Source of the DNA: a virus
Lineage: Duplodnaviria > Caudoviricetes
IMG/VR virus record: IMGVR_UViG_3300034349_000023
Coordinates: 1 to 58,692 of that record
Reading direction: 5' to 3' (one strand)
DNA length: 58,692 nt
A model generated the notes under the pieces. That model saw only the letters and a list, made by a program, of their open reading frames with translations. It did no database searches and was not told the DNA's origin. How positions within the stretch are numbered: position 1 is the stretch's first letter; each line of letters opens with the position of its first letter. Made by a program: the position numbers and the translations under genes. Shown here piece after piece: positions 20,376 to 30,075 of the stretch.

Positions 20376-20659
20376 TACTCCGAGTTGAAATTGCCCTCGA
20401 GCTCCGGGGTGGGAACTGAATCCGCCCGGCCTCCCGGGTCGTTGGGGTCGATTCGATGGATCTGCATCAATCGCTCGGAAGCGGTGGGCACGTGGGGTGC
20501 GGGCTGAACGAGCCCGGCCACACCGCCGAACTCGGTTGCCGACAGGTCATCGTAGGCGAGCGGATTGGTGAGGATGTCTTCCGTGTCGTAGACGGGCTGA
20601 ACCGGCGTCCGGTCCAACCGGGGAGTGAGGCCGTACTGCGGTCCGACTGGCTCAGTCAT
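20372..20659 (-). CDS. Hypothetical protein
   Basis: Overlapping start and stop codons with both neighbours. Confidence 0.65.
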   Translation of the reverse strand: MTEPVGPQYGLTPRLDRTPVQPVYDTEDILTNPLAYDDLSATEFGGVAGLVQPAPHVPTASERLMQIHRIDPNDPGGRADSVPTPELEGNFNSEY

Positions 20660-20844
20660 TAGTGGATTTTCCTTCTCGTCATTGCCGACCGCTTAGCCAT
20701 TGCCTTACGCTGAACCTTGGTGTGTCCGGCATTGGCGATTGCGGCGGCTACGCTTTTGGACTTTCCTTCTCGACGGAGGGCCCGATAGACTCGCTGCCTG
20801 TTGGGGTAGACGAATCCGAACTTTCCTCCCTTGGAGCTGACCAT
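20659..20844 (-). CDS. Small basic protein
   Basis: VYRALRREGKSKSVAAAIANA; GGAGG RBS. Confidence 0.7.
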   Translation of the reverse strand: MVSSKGGKFGFVYPNRQRVYRALRREGKSKSVAAAIANAGHTKVQRKAMAKRSAMTRRKIH

Positions 20845-21152
20845 GCGTTGCCTCCCGGTTGAGCGGATGCGAGAGCTTCCCGGAGTTGGGCTTCCGCAAC
20901 CATCAGATCGGCTGGCGTCAGGATGCCCCGGTTGATCAATGCTATCCGAACCACCGGATCATGCGCCATCGAGGCGATTACAGGCCCCTCAGCGGGCGAC
21001 TGAGACGTTTTCCGGCCCGATTGGTCCCGATGTGCCGGACGCTTGAGAAAATCGAGCGACGCTCCCTCTGGAGTGAACGGGTGGTGAGGCTTGTTTTCCT
21101 CGTGCCACCCGTTTGTCTCACCACACATCCGGCAACGGTCGACGTCACTCAT
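20748..21152 (-). CDS. Hypothetical protein with a CxxC...H motif
   Basis: MSDVDRCRMCGETNGWH...DPVVRIALINRGILTPADL. Confidence 0.6.
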   Translation of the reverse strand: MSDVDRCRMCGETNGWHEENKPHHPFTPEGASLDFLKRPAHRDQSGRKTSQSPAEGPVIASMAHDPVVRIALINRGILTPADLMVAEAQLREALASAQPGGNAWSAPREESSDSSTPTGSESIGPSVEKESPKA

Positions 21153-21720
21153 CTTCGTCGTCTTCCACGATCTCGCCCTCGAGCACGACCTGTTCGTCCT
21201 GCGGCAGGCCATCGTCCAGAACGATTGCCGCTGCCAACGCCTGCCTGGTGAAGTCGGTAGCCGCAACCTCGATGACCGCAGTGGGCTTGCCGATGATGTG
21301 CTCGATGATGAACGTGGCCGCAGCGTATCGGGTCTTCGCATCGACGATCGGGCGGCCCTTGTCGTCGACTTCCTCCGACATCATGAGGTCGTAAATGACC
21401 TTAACGGCCTTCGACGCGTATTGCGCCAGATCTCCGAAGGTCTCATCCAACAAGCGCTTCTTGGCCTCGCGCTGGATCTCGAGCGTGAGCCATTTCGGAG
21501 AACGACCCCGGAAGTCTCCCGCCTTAGTACGGGGTCGACCCTTCGCCAATTCCGTTAGATCCCACTCACTGACGGGCTTGAATCCCGCATGCTGGGCATA
21601 TAGCTCGATGTCTCGATCGAACATCTTGCCTTGCCTGCGAAGACGTGCCCTGATCCGGTGAGGATCCTTACTCAGCTTCGATTCATCCTTTGGCCTACCG
21701 CCAACATATCCACCAGGCAT
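21145..21720 (-). CDS. Putative terminase small subunit
   Basis: First gene of the packaging operon; helical and basic, with RYAAATFIIEHIIGKP. Function assigned by position only. Confidence 0.55.
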   Translation of the reverse strand: MPGGYVGGRPKDESKLSKDPHRIRARLRRQGKMFDRDIELYAQHAGFKPVSEWDLTELAKGRPRTKAGDFRGRSPKWLTLEIQREAKKRLLDETFGDLAQYASKAVKVIYDLMMSEEVDDKGRPIVDAKTRYAAATFIIEHIIGKPTAVIEVAATDFTRQALAAAIVLDDGLPQDEQVVLEGEIVEDDEDE

Positions 21721-21792
21721 TACAGTTCTCCATCACAGACGAGAAGGACGCCCCCGGCACAACCGAGAACGTCCCACAACTGTAATGCTAAC

Positions 21793-22005
21793 TCAGTACC
21801 GTTTCATCGGCCCCAGGGATTTACGTGGACGCCAGGGGTCAAGGGGAACTTCGAACGTCTCATCCTTCTCATCGATGTCGTCCGGCCCTGGACCCAATCG
21901 CTCCGGCCGCAATTCCTCCGACCGCTCCCACGTCACGTCAGCAACGAATGACTTACGCCTTTCAGCCGGGGTGGTCCGAGCGAATAGATCCCTGAGCCAA
22001 CTCAT
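21793..22005 (-). CDS. Hypothetical protein
   Basis: Start is coupled to the upstream stop. Confidence 0.5.
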   Translation of the reverse strand: MSWLRDLFARTTPAERRKSFVADVTWERSEELRPERLGPGPDDIDEKDETFEVPLDPWRPRKSLGPMKRY

Positions 22006-22292
22006 CCGGCCGCCCCCTCAGTCAACAACTTGTCGGCTATCCGGAGTAGCCCGTACGCGCGGTGTTCCTCCATCTCACCACCGGAGAATCCCAGGTGGTA
22101 AGCGGTCATTTGTTCGATCCCCTCGAGAGAGGTGACGGATGCAATCAGCATCCAGTCGCCGGTCATCTCGGGATTATCGGCATAGGGACCACGGAAAGCC
22201 TGCACGTGGTCAGCGATAGCCCGCTCGAGCGCGTTCTGCGCGTCGGCCTGTTCCTGGGTGGTCACGTCAACTCCGCCATCAGCACGGCACAC
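22002..22292 (-). CDS. Hypothetical protein
   Basis: Globular-looking ORF in the operon; start codon uncertain. Confidence 0.55.
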   Translation of the reverse strand: MCRADGGVDVTTQEQADAQNALERAIADHVQAFRGPYADNPEMTGDWMLIASVTSLEGIEQMTAYHLGFSGGEMEEHRAYGLLRIADKLLTEGAAG

Positions 22293-22667
22293 CGGCGAGC
22301 ACGCTCACGCAACTGACGCTCCATGCGAAGCTGTGCGGTGAGGTCTCGAGCCATCAGGCCGTAGCCGGTCATTGCCCCGTGAGCGCGAGCCTGGACGTTG
22401 TACCGGACTCCCCTGCCCACCACCGCCCGACGCGGACGGTTCTTCGTCACCAGGTACCGCAGACCATAGCGCCGTGTGGTCAGGCGCATCCACCGAACGA
22501 GAACGTATGCCTTCCAGATCACGAACCCTCCAATGCCGAAGGAAACCCCAAAGGGGCGGGTGCTTACGAAACGCGATGGTTTACACCTACGCTCGGCACC
22601 CGCCCCGGGGACAAGCCCGGTATCGCCACCCGCCGGAACGGGGAAAGGCCGGTGGTGAGTGGGGCTG

Positions 22668-23090
22668 CTAATCCACGGTATCACCCGTCAACCGAGCCTC
22701 GATCAGGAACGGGTTCTTGAACTTGTCAAAGGTCAAGCTCAACTCCCCCGGGGTGTGCTCGATGTCGGTCAGCGCAACGGCCGTGACCCGATCCGGCATC
22801 GACGCCACGTGACGCGCGGCAAGCACCCTCAGAACGTCGTACAGGCTCGAATCAACCTCGATGATGCGCCCGTGCACCCCCGACGCAACCACGAGGGCTG
22901 TGACGCCCTGAGACGACCCCATCTGCCGCTGAAAGTCCGAGAAGTTGTCGATGACAATCGTCGGATCTTCCGAGAACGTAAGGGCGATCGTCGCCCAGGC
23001 GATAGCCGCCCAAGACTGGCCGATGGACATTGAGTGAACGGCGTTAGCGCGGGCTTCCGCGCGAGTGACCGGAATAGGGTGAGGAACCAT
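22668..23090 (-). CDS. Hypothetical protein
   Basis: GC3-biased ORF starting MVPHPIP. Confidence 0.55.
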   Translation of the reverse strand: MVPHPIPVTRAEARANAVHSMSIGQSWAAIAWATIALTFSEDPTIVIDNFSDFQRQMGSSQGVTALVVASGVHGRIIEVDSSLYDVLRVLAARHVASMPDRVTAVALTDIEHTPGELSLTFDKFKNPFLIEARLTGDTVD

Positions 23091-23286
23091 GTCAGCGCTT
23101 CTTCCGCTTGGTCGGGGTCGGCTTCTGACCGACGCGAGGGGGTGCCACACGCCGGGCCATGCGGTTGAACGTGAAGCGGGTTAGCGCATCGCAGCGTGCG
23201 TAGATTTCCTGGGGGTCGATACCCATCTCACGCACCACCGTGTGGTACGTCGGGAGCTTAGTGGAATCCATGAGCTAATGATGCGC

Positions 23287-23319
23287 GAAAGGGCGGAGCC
23301 CCGCAAAGGACCCCGCCCC
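23287..23319 (-). terminator. Intrinsic terminator
   Basis: Minus strand GGGCGGGGTCCT-TTGC-GGGGCTCCGCCC-TTTC downstream of 23340-23645. Confidence 0.65.
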
Positions 23320-23339
23320 CATCCGTCGCGTAGGGACGG

Positions 23340-23645
23340 TCAGTTGAGCAACCGGCCGATGTACTCTTCCCCGATCCCGCTCAGAGCCGAGATGCCGCTC
23401 TGGATGTCCTCCATCTTGACCATGGCCTTCTCGATCTCGTCGTAGGCCACGTGCGCCAGGTGCGCCATGTCCTGCAATGACTCCGACCGAGCACCCTCGC
23501 CGATCGTCTCGTTGATCGCTCCGCCGACTTCCTCCATCACGCCCATGGCGCGCGTGAGCAAGTCCTTGGCCTCGCCGATCGTCGCGTTGGCCTCTCCGGC
23601 CTTCATGTTGATTCCGGACACCCGGCCTGCGATTTCGGAACTCAT
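23340..23645 (-). CDS. 101-aa helical-hairpin protein, WXG100/ESAT-6-like
   Basis: Two amphipathic helices around a central Gly turn; ends EEYIGRLLN; strong codon bias. Confidence 0.7.
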   Translation of the reverse strand: MSSEIAGRVSGINMKAGEANATIGEAKDLLTRAMGVMEEVGGAINETIGEGARSESLQDMAHLAHVAYDEIEKAMVKMEDIQSGISALSGIGEEYIGRLLN

Positions 23646-23656
23646 GGTGAACCCTT

Positions 23657-24451
23657 TCAGCTCGAGAGACGATTGATGTATTGCTGGGCGTGTTCCTGGG
23701 TCACCGTGAGGGACGACGCAACCAGGTCGATGCTGGACCGCATACTGTCGACGTTGGTCTTTGCGTCCTCGATGGCCGCGAGCATCGGCGCGAGAACCGG
23801 AACGGTCTCGGTGTTGTTCAGACGCATAGCGTCCTGGTTGATTTCCTCAACCGTCGCGTAAAGGGCAGCCACCCGAGAGGTGATTTCCCCCAACTGCACC
23901 TTCGCCTTATCGGCCGTGTCGATGCCGTGCCGTGCTACGGCGATTGCTTCCCCGATGTTCATTCCGCTCCCTGTCCCGATCAGTCCATCCCGACGAAGGA
24001 TATCGTCGGATTGCTTCTTCCAGTTCGCTTTCTGCCGCCGTTCCCTTTCCTTTTCCACATCCTCCTGATTGACCCCAGTTCCGGTGCCAAACCAAGGGTG
24101 AGATTTGTAGTCGGTGAAGTGACCGACCCGTCGAGATGCAGGGTTTTTGGATTCCTCAGTCCGGCGACGATCAGCCGCATCAGCCTCGGACTGGATCTGG
24201 TCACCAATCTTCCGGCCATCCCGGACAGCGAATACCCGCAGGTGTTCGACTTCCTCCGGTTTGAGCGGCAGGTGCATCAGCGTAGCCGGGCAGATCCCCG
24301 TCAGAATCGGGTGCCTGATCAGGTGTTCCACGATCAAGAACTCCGACCCCTTACCCGACCCCGGGTACTCCGGCGAATGGATAACTCTCACCCACCGAGT
24401 GCACAGGTCGTACGGGCAGGTACCGTGAATGTAAGCGGGTTCGTCAGGCAC
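23657..24451 (-). CDS. Protein with a Cys/His N-terminal domain and a C-terminal 101-aa helical hairpin (possible internal start at 23962)
   Basis: Ends QQYINRLSS; GGGAG-CGGA-ATG precedes MNIGEAI. Confidence 0.65.
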   Translation of the reverse strand: MPDEPAYIHGTCPYDLCTRWVRVIHSPEYPGSGKGSEFLIVEHLIRHPILTGICPATLMHLPLKPEEVEHLRVFAVRDGRKIGDQIQSEADAADRRRTEESKNPASRRVGHFTDYKSHPWFGTGTGVNQEDVEKERERRQKANWKKQSDDILRRDGLIGTGSGMNIGEAIAVARHGIDTADKAKVQLGEITSRVAALYATVEEINQDAMRLNNTETVPVLAPMLAAIEDAKTNVDSMRSSIDLVASSLTVTQEHAQQYINRLSS

Positions 24452-24893
24452 GGCCAGCCTTCTTCCACATCCGCTTCTGAAGGCGATCCATCGCCACCGT
24501 TACGATAGACCGACGTCCGGTAGCCACGTTCACGAGCGACACCACGACCCCATGCTCTGATCCCCGGAGGTCCGCCACCCGATAGACCTTGTCCGGAACG
24601 GCACCCTGCACCCGGTCATTGACCTGGAGTTCTTCCGTGCACATCCACGTCTTCATCGCATCGGCCTGGCGCTTGGACTTCAACCACGGGGCCTGGTTCT
24701 CTTCCTTGGCCCGAGCTTCGTGCAACTTCGCCACCGACCGGGCACGTCGGTCCCGGCAGTCCCAGCAATCGCACGTCTTCTGGTCGTGCGCATTAGCCGA
24801 GGCAACCGCTCGAGCCAGTAGGAATACCACCCCCACAGATGCCCCGACCACCAGGGCTATCCCGGTCAGCACGTAGACTACGAACATCCCCAT
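24444..24893 (-). CDS. Membrane-anchored protein with a CxCxxC motif
   Basis: N-terminal TM helix, HDQKTCDCWDC; GAGGGGAG RBS. Confidence 0.7.
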   Translation of the reverse strand: MGMFVVYVLTGIALVVGASVGVVFLLARAVASANAHDQKTCDCWDCRDRRARSVAKLHEARAKEENQAPWLKSKRQADAMKTWMCTEELQVNDRVQGAVPDKVYRVADLRGSEHGVVVSLVNVATGRRSIVTVAMDRLQKRMWKKAGRA

Positions 24894-24935
24894 TTATTTC
24901 TCCCCTCGTTCCGCTACCCATTATTCCGGGCAGCA

Positions 24936-24974
24936 CGAAGCCCCGCCAGCGGGATTCACCAGACGGGGCTTTCG
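24936..24974. terminator. Stem-loop/terminator
   Basis: GAAGCCCCG...CGGGGCTTTC inverted repeat after 24984-25394. Confidence 0.55.
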
Positions 24975-24983
24975 ACGTTCGGG

Positions 24984-25394
24984 TTACTTCGCCGGATACC
25001 AGTCCTCGCATCCCGAGGTCTTGAAGAATTGGCCCTTCTTGAGCACGACGATCCCGGACTCATCGACCTTGGTCACGCCCTGCGCGCGGAAGTCACCGGT
25101 CGGAGACCCGTCTCTCACGTCCCAGTAGCACATCGGGATCGAGCTGGGCAGCGCGCCACCGGTCCGGTACTTCCCCGCCTTGACGTCCACTCCCACCTCC
25201 CACGTCCCCTGGCGGATCGTGACCGGCCGCTGAGATGCCTGTGGGGACACCGCCTTGACCGGCGGTCCGCCGTGCTCCGCGCTCGACACCGGGGCCTTCT
25301 CGTTACCCGTGACCGACGCGTAGATTCCCGCGCCGAGGCAGAACAGCACGACCGCCGCGACGATGCCGATCAGAATGGGCACAATCTTCTTCAT
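24984..25394 (-). CDS. Exported/membrane-anchored actinobacterial-type surface protein
   Basis: MKK plus hydrophobic leader; GTWEVGVDVKAGKYRT...CYW...FKTSGCEDW domain. Confidence 0.8.
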   Translation of the reverse strand: MKKIVPILIGIVAAVVLFCLGAGIYASVTGNEKAPVSSAEHGGPPVKAVSPQASQRPVTIRQGTWEVGVDVKAGKYRTGGALPSSIPMCYWDVRDGSPTGDFRAQGVTKVDESGIVVLKKGQFFKTSGCEDWYPAK

Positions 25395-25471
25395 GGTTTC
25401 CCGTTCCCTTGAAAGTGAGGACCGATCGGAACAACCGGCCCTCATCACTGTGAATCTCTGGTGCCTAGTTG

Positions 25472-25651
25472 TCAAATACCCGGATCGAACTCGATCTCCG
25501 TTTTGATCCGCTTGATCCGGCCGTTCAATCCGATCTCCACCTTCGGCACCAGGTCGTGTGGAACCTGGGCCATGACACCCAAGATCTCGAGCGCCGTCAT
25601 TCCGGCCTTCATGTCCTTCGCTTCCACCGTGACCTTTCGTGTGGCCCTCAT
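25472..25651 (-). CDS. Small hypothetical protein
   Basis: GGAGG RBS; coupled to the upstream stop. Confidence 0.55.
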   Translation of the reverse strand: MRATRKVTVEAKDMKAGMTALEILGVMAQVPHDLVPKVEIGLNGRIKRIKTEIEFDPGI

Positions 25652-25974
25652 ACGTGTCGACCTCCCCGCTCGAGAATGATCCGGGCACGAGTCCGAGCGG
25701 AAAAGTCCCGGCTCCACTCTTCAGTGGACACATACCCATCAAGAGATGGACGAATAGGCAATGCCGCCGTAACCTGCAAACGCACCTCACGGATAAGCCG
25801 GTCCATGCAGACGCAATCCTCGCCGTGAGTGGGGAAGTCCACCCCGTGCTGGACCGCCTCCCGGATAATCTCCGTCAGGGTCCGTGTGCTCGGGATGACC
25901 GAATAGCCATGTGACTGAGGGACCTCAACGGGCCCCAACGCTTCCGGATGTGCTACGCATGGATAGTCCTTCAT
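25648..25974 (-). CDS. Hypothetical protein (HGEDCVC)
   Basis: Coupled ATGA overlaps. Confidence 0.55.
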   Translation of the reverse strand: MKDYPCVAHPEALGPVEVPQSHGYSVIPSTRTLTEIIREAVQHGVDFPTHGEDCVCMDRLIREVRLQVTAALPIRPSLDGYVSTEEWSRDFSARTRARIILERGGRHV

Positions 25975-26183
25975 GCCGACACCATCGCATATCTTCCCTG
26001 AGCCACGCGACGGACCACACCGCGACCGGCCATCCTCGAGAGCGAGCGCACGACTGACGACGTGGCTACCGACACGCCCTGTTCATACAGGTCGGCCTCA
26101 ATCGCCTGGACATCGGTGAACCTACGGCGCTCCATCACGTGGAGTATGCACCGGTCCAGGACAGTCAGCGACGTCGCTTCCAT
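25971..26183 (-). CDS. Winged-helix DNA-binding protein
   Basis: SVATSSVVRSLSRMAGRGVVRRVAQGRY is a wHTH recognition helix plus wing. Confidence 0.65.
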   Translation of the reverse strand: MEATSLTVLDRCILHVMERRRFTDVQAIEADLYEQGVSVATSSVVRSLSRMAGRGVVRRVAQGRYAMVSA

Positions 26184-26414
26184 CGGAAGATTACCTTCCC
26201 GACCCCGGGGAGCGGCCAAGACGCCGAGTGTTGCCCGTCGTGTGGTTTGCCATCCCACCGATCCACCAACCGGCATCGTGGAAGGGGTCTGAGGCCAACG
26301 CTGAGCGTTTCCGGTACCCGTTCGGGACACCGACGTTCGGGCGTCCACTGGTTGGGCTTAGCGGGCCGCTGAGGGCCCTGAATTGGATCAGCCATAGCCC
26401 AACCATACCCAGGG

Positions 26415-27722
26415 CTACGGGACGATCGACTCCACCGACGCGGGGATCTCAGTGGTGCCGTTCCAGACAGAGATCGTCGCAGCCACCAAGGTCGATCCGG
26501 TCCACACCTGCACAACCAAGCCGACCTGTCCGTCCCCGAGTACTGCCCATGTCGAGACGTAGTCCCGGGTGATCACGTTGAAGACGCGCCATGTCCCGGA
26601 GTAATCACGGGTTAGGCTGTTGAGCACACGCCATACTGAGGCGTAATCCCTAGTCCACGTGCCCAAGACACGCCACGTACTCGGGTAGTCCCGCGTGACC
26701 GCGTTGAACACTCTCCAGGTGGAGGCGTAGTCACGGGTAAAGGCGGTACCGTTCAGCACGTCCCACGTGGAGGCGTAATCCCTAGTCCAGAGACCAAACA
26801 CCCGCCAGGTATCGGCGTAGTCCTTCGTGATCGCATTCAGCACACGCCAGGACGAACCGTAGTCCCGGCTGAGCGCATTCAGAACCCGCCAGTTGGAGGC
26901 GTAATCCCTAGTGGCGAAGCTGTTCAGGACACGCCACGTGTCGGCATAATCCCGGGTCAGCGCATTGAGTACTCTCCATGTCGATGCGTAGTCGGTAGAG
27001 ATGGTGTTGAACACGCGCCAGGTGGAAGAGTAATCCCGCGTGAAAGGGGTAGTCGTAGGCGGTGCTACCGCATTGACCGCCAAGACGATCTTCTCGCGGT
27101 CACCCACGGTCCAGGCGCCTGCGGGTGTGGCCGTGAGCGATGGAGTGGCGGACGTCGCAGTGACGTTGATCAGGTGGGCAGATGAGAATGCCGCACCATC
27201 AGTCGTCGCCTGGGCTACGTATTGGTCGGAGTCCTCAATGTACCCACCACCCCAGACCACCGTATGGCCGGACTCGCCTCCATCGGCGATGCGCAGATAC
27301 GCCGCTTCGATAACCCTCTCATTGCCCGCCCCACCGGTCAGGCCGGATAGGGTCGGGAACGTGTCGGAGGCAGAGTTCGATGGCGTGGAGGACGTGACCA
27401 CACTACCGGCTGGGTATTCTTTGACCACCCAGGTACACGGGTAGTTAGAAGCGTTGTGCGTGACCGTGATGCTGGTAGTTGGCGCGCTCACGATAGTGAA
27501 TGCCGAGAGCTCACCGGTCGATACGGGTTGCTCTACCTCGGTCCACCCGGAGGCGGCATTCGTCACGCCTCCACCGATGAACACCAAGAGAAGAGATCCA
27601 GTGGCCGGAGTGAACGGCGCGTCTCCGTCGGTGGTGAAATTGATAACGTGAGTCGTAGTGCCGTTCCGGGCAGCGACCCCCTGACTCTTATGGAGGTAAG
27701 GGGGTTCGGTGGTCGTAGCCAT
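26415..27722 (-). CDS. Virion/tail-associated protein with 12 tandem ~14-aa TRDYxSTWRV repeats
   Basis: Beta-rich N-terminal domain, repeat array, and a VQVWTGS...VWNG C-terminus. Confidence 0.8.
   Translation of the reverse strand: MATTTEPPYLHKSQGVAARNGTTTHVINFTTDGDAPFTPATGSLLLVFIGGGVTNAASGWTEVEQPVSTGELSAFTIVSAPTTSITVTHNASNYPCTWVVKEYPAGSVVTSSTPSNSASDTFPTLSGLTGGAGNERVIEAAYLRIADGGESGHTVVWGGGYIEDSDQYVAQATTDGAAFSSAHLINVTATSATPSLTATPAGAWTVGDREKIVLAVNAVAPPTTTPFTRDYSSTWRVFNTISTDYASTWRVLNALTRDYADTWRVLNSFATRDYASNWRVLNALSRDYGSSWRVLNAITKDYADTWRVFGLWTRDYASTWDVLNGTAFTRDYASTWRVFNAVTRDYPSTWRVLGTWTRDYASVWRVLNSLTRDYSGTWRVFNVITRDYVSTWAVLGDGQVGLVVQVWTGSTLVAATISVWNGTTEIPASVESIVP
26540..27046 (-). repeat. Coding tandem repeat, 12 units of ~42 bp
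   Basis: Protein units (F/L/I/W)TRDY(A)STWRV(L/F)N, degenerate at synonymous positions. Confidence 0.9.
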
Positions 27723-27735
27723 CGACTACCCCTTC

Positions 27736-28254
27736 TTAGCCGTCGCCACCGATACGGAGGGTGGCGGTGTCGGCCGTGAGAGCCGCCGTGGAGGCCCCGG
27801 TCACCCGGCGCACCCAGAACGGTGCCACACTACCGGCGGGGATCGTACCGAGCGACGCAGAGCTGGCAAACGACCCCGTGATGGAAGCCGGAGCGGTGTT
27901 CTCGTTGGCGATGGTCAACGCCTGGGCAGAGCCGGATGCCTTGGCCGTCACTCCGGTCACGTCGGCAGCCACGGTCCAGGTGGATCGCCCGGCCTGGACC
28001 TGGATGGCGATGGTCACGTTCAGGGCCGAGTCGGTGGCGTGGTCGTTGCAGACGAAGAAACACCGGTACTCGGTGTCGCCAGCCAATGCCTCGGCCGAAG
28101 CTACGTCGTCGAACTGGACGTTAGCCCCGGAGGTGGAAAGCTGTGTGGTCGAGACCTGGTCGCCGAGCGCTCCGGCCATGGTGCCTGCCGTGGTGTTACC
28201 GGCAGCGGCGCTGACCGAGTACTTCAGGTTCATGTCGGTATTGATGACAGCCAT
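27736..28254 (-). CDS. Putative virion structural protein
   Basis: Ala/Thr/Gly-rich; GDTEYRCFFVCN...PFWVRR motif seen in phage structural proteins. Confidence 0.7.
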   Translation of the reverse strand: MAVINTDMNLKYSVSAAAGNTTAGTMAGALGDQVSTTQLSTSGANVQFDDVASAEALAGDTEYRCFFVCNDHATDSALNVTIAIQVQAGRSTWTVAADVTGVTAKASGSAQALTIANENTAPASITGSFASSASLGTIPAGSVAPFWVRRVTGASTAALTADTATLRIGGDG

Positions 28255-28255
28255 C

Positions 28256-28756
28256 TCACGCAGCCCTTCGGATGATCACAGTGTTGGCGGGGAGACCCGG
28301 CGGAACTGCCTCGACCGGGCCGAGAATCCGGAAGCCAACCTGGTCCGGAGTGTGCTGGTGGTTCAGCGGAGCGAACAAAGCCGCCTGAAGGGGAGATCCA
28401 GGCGGCATAAGGTCGTTCAGGGTGAGTGGACCAGGGCCCTCCACCACGGCGTAGAACGGGGATCGCTGTGGCAGGTTGTCGATCGGATCGAACGTCACCC
28501 GGTAGGCCCAAGTCGTTCCCGAGATACCTCGAGGGAAGTCGGTGTAGAGCCACGCCGGATCTGTCGAGCTGGGAACCTGGAACGAGATGTCCCCGTCGCC
28601 TTCAGCCACGATCCGGTACTTCGTCGGTTCGATGACTGTCCCGTCATCGTGACTGAGCCAACCCTGTTGCTCCAGGGTCACGGCGAAGGTGCCATCCGGA
28701 GTACCGGGAGGCGTCTGGACGTTGCCAGTGATGGTAACCATAGTCGGAGTGGCCAT
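28256..28756 (-). CDS. Putative virion/tail-associated protein
   Basis: N-terminus resembling tail-fibre attachment domains (VTITGNV...GDISFQVPSSTDP); GAAGGGAG RBS. Confidence 0.65.
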   Translation of the reverse strand: MATPTMVTITGNVQTPPGTPDGTFAVTLEQQGWLSHDDGTVIEPTKYRIVAEGDGDISFQVPSSTDPAWLYTDFPRGISGTTWAYRVTFDPIDNLPQRSPFYAVVEGPGPLTLNDLMPPGSPLQAALFAPLNHQHTPDQVGFRILGPVEAVPPGLPANTVIIRRAA

Positions 28757-28834
28757 GACGTTCTCCCTTCTCGGATCGGCGGACAGTGGTGGATCACCAT
28801 CATCGCATATCCGCCGATCCGAGTTTGAGAGACC

Positions 28835-29638
28835 TTACCCCCGACGCACGTCGTCTGCCGCCCAGTGGTGGTGCTCCGGAATGGCGCACCGATAGCCGGG
28901 CCACCCCTCACCCTCCACCACGTAGTTGAAGTTGCACGTGTCGCCGATCTGGTTACCCCCCTGGTAGACGTGATCCCGGATCGGGATAATCTGCGCCTTA
29001 CGACCCCACAAGGCATCGACCACACCGCCGATCGTGCCCTCCGAGAAGTGGCCAGTCATGTACCCCCTGATCCGGCCCTCAGCAAGCTCGAGCGACGACT
29101 GGCGCGCCTGGTCCCGGTGGGCCGAGCCAACCATCTGGGAAACCCCGGCCTCGTTCACTTCGATCCCCGTCGGGGGGTTGTCCAGCTTGTTGAGTCGACG
29201 CATGAAGTCATCGATGAGCTGTCCGGTCCCGACGAGCCGCGACCCGTTCTCGAGGGCCGTGATCCGCTCGAGGATTCGCCCGCCCTTTTCCGGCTGGTTC
29301 TCGAGTTGGCGCACCCGTTCGGCCAGCTCGACATAGGGAACCATGCCATCGAGTCGTTCAGCGAAAGCCGCACCCTGATTCTCGAGCTGAACAATTCGAT
29401 TCGACTTTTGACCAACCCGGCGCTCCAGCTCGGTGTAAGCGACGCTCAGCTTGTCGATCTGCCGAGCTGACCACGCCTGGAACGTCTCTTCTTCGGTGGC
29501 CGACTGGACCACACCGCCCCGCTCATACTCATCGGGCTTGTCGAACTCGGGCTCGATCGATCGGATTCGATCCCATTCCTCCGGGCTCATGGCGATGATC
29601 ACGTTCCCGGTGCTCCGACTCTTTCTCACAAACCGCAT
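28835..29638 (-). CDS. Coiled-coil hypothetical protein
   Basis: Repeated RI/VxxLEN heptads; Cys/His C-terminus. Confidence 0.65.
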   Translation of the reverse strand: MRFVRKSRSTGNVIIAMSPEEWDRIRSIEPEFDKPDEYERGGVVQSATEEETFQAWSARQIDKLSVAYTELERRVGQKSNRIVQLENQGAAFAERLDGMVPYVELAERVRQLENQPEKGGRILERITALENGSRLVGTGQLIDDFMRRLNKLDNPPTGIEVNEAGVSQMVGSAHRDQARQSSLELAEGRIRGYMTGHFSEGTIGGVVDALWGRKAQIIPIRDHVYQGGNQIGDTCNFNYVVEGEGWPGYRCAIPEHHHWAADDVRRG

Positions 29639-30075
29639 TCCCGTTCCCTTTCCTCGATTGAAGCCACCATATCAACTCACGACCAGCCGTGCACCCGCCT
29701 GACGGTGTGGCTGACCCGTAGGTAAAGTCTAGGACCGATAGCCAATCCTTCAACCTAGGTTTACCTTTTCAATCCAGCTTAGCTCATGGAGCTTCCCGAG
29801 CCCCACTATTCGTCATGAGCTGAATCAACAAGTCGTTTAACGGTCTCCATGGTTTATCCCGGGGATCGCACATCCCCCGGTGGTATGCCCGGATCACCAC
29901 GTCCCCGATCCGCCCATCCCGAACCGTGATCCCACCGCCCCGGATTTTTTCATCACAAGCCTCACAAACAACGTAAGGACATAGCAAATTTTGACCATCA
30001 ACATTCTCTTCCAACATCCGGATCTTCAAAACATTCGCCCCACTTCTACCGTCAATGATCCTCAAACGTTCCCTG

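Noticed and set aside
26540-27046. ~42-bp repeats as a CRISPR array or DGR template/variable repeats
   Set aside because: The repeats are in frame, degenerate at synonymous positions and have no unique spacers; no reverse transcriptase was seen.
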